Assembly: GCF_009914755.1 (NCBI RefSeq)
Contig: NC_060927.1
Length of the DNA: 64,000 bases
From: the human T2T-CHM13v2.0 reference genome, Homo sapiens
Strand: one strand, 5' to 3'
Part shown: positions 55,332 through 64,000 of the stretch, piece after piece
How positions within the stretch are numbered: position 1 is the stretch's first letter
How the letters are laid out: every line of letters starts with the position of its first letter
Program-made: the position numbers and the translations under genes
The notes under the pieces: model-generated
Database searches by the model: none
Seen by the model: only the letters and a program-made list of their open reading frames with translations
Told to the model about the DNA's origin: nothing

Positions 55332-56116
55332 TTTTATGATTCATTTCTGAAATCAAATGATATCATTATACTATACATTTCAACTTGGAAGAACATCCTT
55401 TTAAATACTTTCAAACAAATAATAAATTAATATATATAATGAGCACTTACTATGTGCCAGGCATTTGTGCTAACCGATTTATTTAGAATATGTATTTTAA
55501 TCTTTGCAATAATTCTCTGGGGGAGGAACCATTATTAGCACCTTTTATAGAAAATAAAAGTGAGGTTACAGAGGTTAGAAAGCCCAGTGGAGGCAAGATA
55601 AGGATTTGAATTTGGGGTATAACAAATCATTGAGTGCTCAGGCTGGGCTTGAGGTAGTGTTTTCTTAGAGCTGCACGTATATGACTCTAACATGTGGATG
55701 CTGGATGTCATCAAATGTCCTCCTGGAAGCTCAGACCAGTTAATGGATTGTGGATAGGGCCGTTATATCTTGGCTGAAAGGTAAGGCAGCCTGGTGGGGT
55801 GGTGATGGCTCTTGAATAGCACATAGGACAAGAGACTGGAGAGTCACTGACTACTCATTTTTTTTGAACCTGGCTTCTTTTCTCCAGGCCTTGATTTTTC
55901 TAGCTGTCAATGACCAAGAAACCTCTTTTGTGTTATACAGTTTCATTGCTAACAAATCACAAGCACTTTATAGTGTAGAAGTTGAAAATGGGGACTTTGG
56001 AATTAAACAGGGTCATGTTCAAATTTTGACTCTACAACTAACCAGATGTTTAACCTTGGGGGAGTGACTTAACATGTTTCTACTTCAGGATTTCCATGCA
56101 TGAATGCATAAGTTCT

Positions 56117-56249
56117 TATTTCATTGAAGTAAGAGGCACATCGTAACATTTCTGAAATCCGGATGCATCTTATGTTTGATAGCATGTCACAATACAGTAT
56201 ATGAATGGCGCAGCTTATAATTGATGGCCCTTTAGATTCAATGAAATAT
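56117..56249. mobile_element. Small TIR-bounded MITE inserted into a MIR
   Basis: Inverted termini tatttcattgaa / ttcaatgaaata; MIR sequence on both sides (about 55970-56345). Confidence 0.6.
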
Positions 56250-56595
56250 GGTAATAAAACACTTATCTCACAGGGTCATGGTGAGAATTAAATGAGATAT
56301 GTATAACTACTTAGCACATACTAAATTCTCAATAAACAACAATTTTTATCATAATCTGCAGCATCACATCTTTTTTTCTGATAGAAGAGAGAGACACTGG
56401 TTTCATATTTGTGGGTTCACAGCATATTTTAACACATCCTTTTTTTTCCCAAAATCTTTCTTGGTGACAGTGTTTAAAACATGTTTCTCTTTGTCCTCCC
56501 CACTTATTGTAAAGTATAGATGAGGTGCTAGTCCACAGAATAATCTGGGCTTGGAAACCCTGATTTATGCACCACTGAGACAAAAAGGATGGAAA

Positions 56596-56900
56596 GGCTG
56601 GGTGTGGTGGCTCATGCCTGTAATCTCAGCACTTTAGGAGGCCGAGGTGGGTGGATCACTTGAGGCCAGGAGTTCAAGACCAACCTGGCCAACATGGTAA
56701 AACCCCATCTCTACTAAAAATACAAAAAATTAGCTGGGCATGGTGGTGTGTGCCTGTAGTCCCAGCCACTTCGGATGCTGAGACAAAAGTATTGTTTGAA
56801 CCCAGGAAGTAGATGTTGTGGTGAGCCAGGATCCTATCACTGTACTCTAAAGCAAGACTCTGTCTCAAAAAAAAAAAAAAAAAAAAGAAAGAAAGAAATA
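56596..56900 (+). mobile_element. Alu (AluS/J-like) with A/(AAAG) tail
   Basis: ggctgggtgtggtggctcatgcctgtaatc start; both arms. Confidence 0.93.
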
Positions 56901-57704
56901 AAAGAGAACCACTTAGTCCCTCATGTATAAGACATGAAGCATGAGATGGTCCTCATCTCAGAATGGCCATCCTGTGGGGATGAGATTCACTATTATTGGT
57001 CCCTTGTGGAAGACAGTGGGGTGGTGGCTTGGCTCTATGTGTTGGTGAGTTTTGCCAGCTTGGTTCTCTTTCTCTCTTTCAACAAGCCTTAGATCTGTAG
57101 GAAATTTGCCTGGAGACAGAGAAAGATACAAAACCTCAACATCACACAATCTTCCTGGAAGTCCTTTGGATAGATTTGACCTGATCTAGAAGGTTTCTGT
57201 CAATTGGAGAGAAGAAAAGTCCTCAGTTCTTGGACAACCTTGGGGAATCTCAACTGCCCTCGGGAAGAATTTACAATGTAAAGATTTTGTCAATGATCCA
57301 GTTCCAGAAAGGACTGCTCTGTTAATTTGTAGTCTTCCTATGTAAAAAGTGGTAGGTATTATACTTGACCTTATCCACTGAATGAATGGATATTGTCTAA
57401 GTGCTCACCACATCAGGCAAAAAGTCTACATGGTAGAAAGAGACAAAAATGCATGGTATTTAAATTTAGACAGACCTGAGTTCAAATCCTGCTTCAGAAA
57501 GTTACTTATCCTCACTGAATCACAGCTCCTTCATCTGTAAAGGGTGCAAAAATAAAGACTTCTTTATGAGTCTAAGGTTAAGATTGAATCAGAAGCCCTT
57601 AGCACAGGGCCAAGGCCCATAGGTTCATAGGTGGCTGCTCTCTTCTCTCTTTCTCTCCCCACCTACCCATCATTCATCCATCCACCCACCCACCTATCTA
57701 CCTA

Positions 57705-57762
57705 CTCTCCTCTCCTTTCCTCTCCTCTCTCCTCTCCTTTCCTCCCACCTACCTATTTCTGC

Positions 57763-57810
<48 letters not shown>
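57705..57810. repeat. (TCTCC)n tract followed by (CTAT)n tetranucleotide microsatellite
   Basis: Direct reading. Confidence 0.93.
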
Positions 57811-60333
57811 GCCTGCCTACCTAATTATTTCTGTCTATATCTATCTGCTGTCTGTCTACAAATCATCATCTGTCTGATTTTGCAAATCCTTGCCATATTT
57901 GGAGGAAAAAGTTGTTTTATTTCAAATTCCAGTGGAATCGTTATGATGCTCAGAAAATTATGCAAGTATTTAGCCAAGAACTGAGGCAAAACAGCAATAG
58001 TAGTGTAGACTTTCTCAGAGCTTGCTGGGTTCAGAATGTGTGACGGTTTACATGGAAATGTATTTAAAATAATAGAATTCATTTGCAGGAGTCACAGCTT
58101 TTCTTTCATAGACTAGCAGGCTTTTGCATCTTTTTTTGGAGGTACTGTAATTAAATTGAACATTTAATTTCTAATAATGCCACCAAACATAAAGCATAAG
58201 TCCACCAAAATGCCATCTGCATAGCCCTGTAGATTCTTAAAGCATAGTCTGACTAAAGGACTCAGCAGCTGTCCATATTTCAGTCCCCAGTATTCTACCC
58301 ACTTCCCTACAATTTGCACCTGTAACTCCGGTGGTGCCCTACCACCTCCATACAGTTGGTTATGTAGACCTATCCATGAATTTGTGCTCTATTCTCATTA
58401 AGAAAATTGAAAAGGGAGGGAAGGGGTAAGAAAGAAAAAACATTTAAAGGCCAGGAAAGAAGTAATTATGATTAAGATTGCAATTGAGACCTGATATACT
58501 TAGAAAAAGCTTCACTATACCAAGCTTCAAACCCATCTCTGCTTTAACCTCAACTTTTAAGTCCAGTTCTACCCTATTCCCTCTCTTCAGTCCTTTCTCT
58601 TAATTCCTGCTAGCGTGATTTTTCTGCAGTGTAAACCGCCAACCCATCCCTTTGCATAAACAGCCTTCAATGACTCTTCATCACCTTTGCAGTTGAGACC
58701 TGTGGAATCTTTCTTCTGAAAAAATCCATATGCATGCCAAGGTTGGCATGATTTTCAAGTTAAGAAATTTTGAACCATGAGATATAGTCTGAACTCAGCA
58801 TTATTATGGCATAGAAAGACCTTTGAAGTCCTGTCCCTGCCTACCTTGCCATCATCAGCACCCATCCACTACTATCATTTCACTCTGTTTTGCAGCTACG
58901 TTGAATTAATTACAGAGTAGTTAAAAGTGTGGCTTCTGCCTGGGCTGACTCCAGCTATACCACTTATACTTCTGGATGTGTGTTTTTTTAAGTTCTGTGC
59001 CTCCGTTTGCTCATCTCTACTATGGGAATAATAATAGTTCCCTCTTATAAGGGATTTTGAGGAGAAATAAGTTAATAATATGCTTAGAATCATACCTGGA
59101 ACATGATATGCATTAAATAAGCATTCATTATTTTTTATTAGCTATCTGGCTTTACATATTTGCACATATTATTCTCTTGATGTAGGATGACTTTCCATTC
59201 CCAATCCTAGCTCCCCTTTGCTTATTCTAATTCATCTCTCAAGATGCAGTTCAATCCTTACCATCTCGTGAAGACTTCCATGGTTTTCTGACAATGCCCC
59301 ATCCCTTTTACACATAACTCTACCAATAGGCCTTGCAATATAGTGATTTACATACATAGACCCATTTGCATGTATACTCCATGAGGCTAATAGCCGTTTC
59401 CCTCTTGTTTACATAGTCTCTGGCTTTTAACACTGTACCTGCTACAGGGTAGGCTCCCACTAACCATTTGTCTAATAAATGAATGAATGAGTGAATAAAT
59501 GACTGAATAAATATCTTCCCTACCAGAGAGAAAGGTTCATGTGTCTTGAACACAGGTTTATGAGTCTTCAAATACTTATTGCAGCCCTATGCTTGGAATG
59601 TGCTCAGGAATGCTTTCTGAAATGTTTTGAAATGTGCTCAACTGTTAATTTGGATTAACTGATAGTTATTTTTGACAACCCTTTAGACTACAAAAATGAT
59701 GATCCCTATTCTAATTTATTAAAGTTTTAAGTCAGACTTCTCCTCAAAATAAGATCAGAAGTTTTGGGACCAAACAAGAAGAAAATTTCCGAAGCCAGAA
59801 CTTTCCAAGAGCTTTCCTCTAATACAACTTCCAGCAACAGCCCCTGTTCGGTCATCCTGTCCATGCTTCCTGCTTTATCATGCGATACATACAAGAACAA
59901 CATGGATACAACTTCTCTCTGTCTTGGCTGATAAACATTCATCAAAGAACACAAACTTCTCAATAGGGCAGAAAACAGAAAAAAGAAATGAAAAACAAAG
60001 AGGAAGATTCATTTGGTTAAACAACTTTTTAAAAAATGCACATGAGGCCAAATCACTGGAATCCTATAACCAAGGATGAAATGAAGCTCTGCAGCAAACC
60101 AGAATTCTATTCCTTTAAAGCTTATGCCTTTTCAGAAATTCTGCTCTATAAAGGTCAACATCAAATGGGCATGAGATGTATTTAGACAGCACAAATTAAC
60201 TCCTTAAGTATTATTGCAACTCCACATGGCTCTCTGGGAGTACAAACCTTAAGGAGCCATTGAAAAACAAAAACAAAAACTGAATATAACTCAACAGTCC
60301 TGATAATTTATAATGCATATACAATTGGTTCAC

Positions 60334-60351
60334 CTGCATCCTTTTGATTCT
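60334..60351 (-). CDS. CADPS: CADPS 18-nt microexon, phase 1/1 (E/Q-NQKDA)
   Basis: Long CU-rich tract, TAG acceptor, AG AAT CAA AAG GAT GCA G, GTGAAC donor; supplies ENQKDA of CAPS1. Confidence 0.93.
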
Positions 60352-61036
60352 CTATTTGAAAGAGAGAGCACAACAAGGAGAGAAGAGAGAGAAACAAGAA
60401 CACATATGCAGAATTAATGAGCAAGTGGACCAAAATGCCCCCCACTTATGTGTGATACATGATATTGGAAAGAAAAGGTTGCCCTTGGGTTCCCACCGCC
60501 CCAAAGTTTGGGGGCCAGCAAAAAAGGCTCCTTCACAGAGGTGGAAAATGCTGCACAAATAGAAAATTAGTAAAATTAAGTTTAATGTGAAATCAAGCTA
60601 TGAAACATACATGAACTCTCCAAGTGACAATTAAGTCATATGTTCTAGGCAAAGTTTAGAGGACAAGGACAAGTCAAAATCTCTAGAGGGAACAAGGAAA
60701 AGCTTCCCAGCTTGATAGAGAACAGACAGGAGGCATATAAGATCTAATTTTTACAGAGAATGGACCACCTGGTGTGGTCTCATACCCATAATAGTTTGGC
60801 ATCTTAAACATGGAAAAGAAGGCATGATTTTGCCCCAAATATCCTTTATCTGACACCTAACGCATTGCTCCCCAGCCTAGCTGCTACCTTTTGATTGTGT
60901 ACCAGTGACAAGCACTTTACAAATTAGGGTTACACACAAGCAAAGTAAAAATGCATTCAGGTCACAGACAGAGAATAACTGAAAAACTTACAGACAAATC
61001 TGAGTTTATCACAAACAAATGGCTTAATTGTCTAAC

Positions 61037-61159
61037 CTGTTTTAGGCTGATAAAAAGTGACTGGACTTCTCACACTGGGTTTCACAGACAGAACCAACAG
61101 ACAAGCCAATGCTAAAAAACTTGAAGCAAGGAGAGTGAGTTGGTTTGGATCTGGATTTT
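61037..61159 (-). CDS. Candidate CADPS cassette exon, 123 nt, phase 1/1, hydrophobic (NPDPNQLTLLASSFLALACLLVLSVKPSVRSPVTFYQPKT)
   Basis: Pyrimidine tract plus AG acceptor (ttcaag), CAG|GTTAGA donor, open in the CADPS frame; no transcript evidence. Confidence 0.4.
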
Positions 61160-61220
61160 CTTGAAATAATGAAAACAGAAAGAGTGAAGACAGCATGGTG
61201 AGGAGGTGGTAGGTACTCAC

Positions 61221-61289
61221 GAATGGTTAAATCCATCACTTGGGAGGCCAAGCAGAAGACAGGATGCTCATACATTTCTCTCTTTTTCC
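61221..61289 (-). CDS. CADPS: CADPS alternative cassette exon, 69 nt, phase 1/1 (GKKREMYEHPVFCLASQVMDLTI)
   Basis: ttttatag acceptor and C|GTGAGT donor; open and symmetric; peptide matches a CAPS1 isoform insert as I recall it. Confidence 0.85.
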
Positions 61290-63644
61290 CTATAAAAGAG
61301 GATTTGGGCATGCAAGAGGCTTAGGTCAGAGGTAAAGAGGTTAAAGGTCATAGGTTAGAGGAAAACGTTACATTAGCTCAAAGGAAAATAGCCACAGAGT
61401 ATTTTGGGATAAACACAGGATAAAAGAAAAAGGAGCTTCAAAATTGGAGATCTACTGGATTAACCATTCAGCATGCCGTGAGTCACGAGAGAGATTGTGA
61501 CCATGATTTTACACGTCTCTTTAGAGCTGTTTGCAAGAATACAATGACCAAAACATCATGAGTAAAGGGAAACAAAATTTCATTGATTTAAGGCTCCAAG
61601 ATACTAAGGATTTAAGACTTTAGTATCTAAGGCTCTTGAGGTATTTCTTCATAAACATAGTCTCCAGCAATATTACTACAACTTCTTTCCAGAATTCTCA
61701 GATAACAAAGCTGTTAATTCTCACAGAGGGGCTCAAATGTAAAAAATGAAAGATTTCTTCTCTGAGGGTAGGATCAGAGCCTTGTAAAAGAAAGTTGTCT
61801 GGTAGTAATATCTTTCAGGCTGCAATGTCTCAGCCTATGGTGGACTATGTTCATGAAAGAAAACCTGATACATGCAGCCAGAGGATGTTGGGTTGTCTGA
61901 ATTAACAATCCCAGCATGCTTTGAAATTGGTGTCTCAGCCACTTTTGCAGAGGTCACATTAAAGTGGCTGAGCCAATCACGGACAAGGAAGGAGAGAAGC
62001 GGAAGAGAGCAGGTAGTGTGGAATGAGGTACTTCTCTGAAAAGAGAGTTGAAAAAAAAGAATTGGTTTCTTCAAAGAATCCCCAGACCTAAAAGTCACAG
62101 TGCAAAAGATAATTAACACAACCAAGAAGAATTGAGGCACAAAAGGAAATTACAGACCAGCTGATCTACTTTGGAAATGAATGCATTTTTACTTACAGAT
62201 CTTAAAGTTTGTTTTTGGATAGATTTATCTGAAAGAAGAGAGCAGATCTTACCAAAAGACTAGTAGTAATAGCTAGACCAAGACCTATGAGGCAGCAGCC
62301 ATGGCAACAGAACGTTTCTTGATCCCATCCCATCTCTGGACTTGCCTAGAATTGTTAGGTACCTGGCTGACTTTACCAAATACAACCAATCATTACGTCC
62401 TGGGACAGTAAATGCTGGAACAATTATTTGCTAATATAGCCCTTTAACGACCTCTTGTTCCTCTATTTTTGTCACTCATTACCAAGTCAAGAGTTGATAA
62501 ACATCCTTTTGGTGCCCAATTCTTAAGTGTTTCTCCCTGGATGCATAACAGTGAATTCATTACCACTGGTACACAATTTGCATTGTCAGACAGACAAAAT
62601 TGAGAGAGGGAGGACACGTAATGTACAGAACACTGTGAATTTGACATAATCTTAACCTAATTCTCTAAGGAAACAAGGATTTTGGCAGAGTAAGTGATGG
62701 GGTCTGAGTGATTGGTTAGTTTCTTTTCCCCCCAGTTGTCTTGAGGCAGACAATGCGCATTTGCTAGTTTTAGTCAGGTGTCATGTTTCACGTGTGAGAG
62801 AACATCAGATTCCAGAATGCGGACACATCGAGTTTTGCACACAGAACTTCCACATTTATACACTTACACCACTGGTCAAGTTGGGTGTGGCTTTCAAATC
62901 ACCCTATAGCAGCCAACAGGGTAACAATGAAAAGTGATTAATACCTTCGTGGATGAATAGTAGGTCCCAAAGAACCATATCTTCTCAAGTAGAGTTTACT
63001 CAAAGCACCTTTGGTGATTACTGGGTCATCAGTGACCACTTCCCTAAAACTTGAGAGGGCAGTGGTAACAAGCATTTAAGGTCTGGAGTAACAAGAATGA
63101 ATGAGATCTAAAGCCAACTTGGAGCCATCACAGATGGCTCAGCACTAACCTGCCATCGAGCTTGAAGCACTACCAAAAGACAAGGTACTTTTGGGGGCAA
63201 GAAAGAGCAAAACCTTGATCTTGCTCTTTTCAGTTCTTGTATTGCTTCCAATGCTATCAGCAGCGGACAACAGACTGCTTTATTTTCCTCTGTTTAAAGA
63301 AGGGGGCAATTCTACAGAACTCCTTCATAGGAAAACATCAGCCACAGAGCCGATACTTAGGGCCAACACAGACTCTCAGAAGGAATTTAGTTATCTGATA
63401 ACATCCTGTTTTCAATATTGTTCCCTTACAAAGGGAACTGTAATTACAAAGCCCCTGTAATGTCTTTTAATTCATTTACTTGGCCACAGCCAAGGAAACT
63501 TCGACATTTCAGGTGCTTCCAGGTTTCAGCTTAATATACTCAGACGGACCACTGTTTTCAGGTGCCCTTGAGAAAAGAGAAAGACTTCCCCAGGGAGGCA
63601 TATCAAAATTTAAATTCAAAACTGGGGGCAGAAGGGAGCCTTAC

Positions 63645-63768
63645 CTTCGATTTTGGCATACTCTGAGAGCCGAGAATAGTTGACTAACGCAGCCTGTTCC
63701 AGACATTTACGGATAACTGTTTTTACCTCCTCTTGTGGCACTGGGGTAACAATATCTTTCATCAAAAC
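63645..63768 (-). CDS. CADPS: CADPS internal coding exon, 124 nt ([41 protein letters not shown], ends phase 1)
   Basis: AG at 63769-63770 and GTAAGG donor at 63644; translation recognised as CAPS1; phase fits downstream exons. Confidence 0.97.
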
Positions 63769-64000
63769 CTTCAAGTAGGAAAAAGAGGGATTATTAAGAA
63801 GGTTCAAGCAAATGTGTCACTCATCCATACTTCTTAGAAGCGTGAAAGTTTAAAATCAGTTCTTTGTGACTTAATAAGATTGAGAGCCATGCTTAAAGAG
63901 AAAGCACCAGAATTGCAAAGCATTGGCAAAGGCCGTCCATGAGTCAGGGAAGGGCTAGGAACATATCTTCTGTATATCCTATTTGGGAGTTTGAAGATAA

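Overview
Primate (very likely human) genomic DNA lying entirely within the CADPS gene (CAPS1, Ca2+-dependent secretion activator 1), transcribed on the minus strand. I assembled 11 exons that splice in frame into 393 contiguous codons of the CAPS1 MUN/MHD1 region, from [15 protein letters not shown] to [12 protein letters not shown]. Three further frame-preserving cassette exons (69, 15 and 9 nt) fit CAPS1 isoforms as I recall them. The rest is intron with Alu, L1, L2, MIR, MER and LTR fragments and microsatellites, and almost all ORF-track entries are spurious. The most interesting structure is a dense stack of microexons and cassette exons at four junctions, with RBFOX (UGCAUG), SRRM4-type UGC and UG-repeat elements nearby. 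The stack includes candidates read directly from splice signals: a 123-nt exon encoding a 19-aa hydrophobic, TM-like segment only 61 nt from the 69-nt exon, a 99-nt polyproline exon, 21-, 27- and 51-nt in-frame exons, poison exons and possible intronic last exons. These candidates are inferences and need RNA-seq and conservation checks; some may already be annotated.
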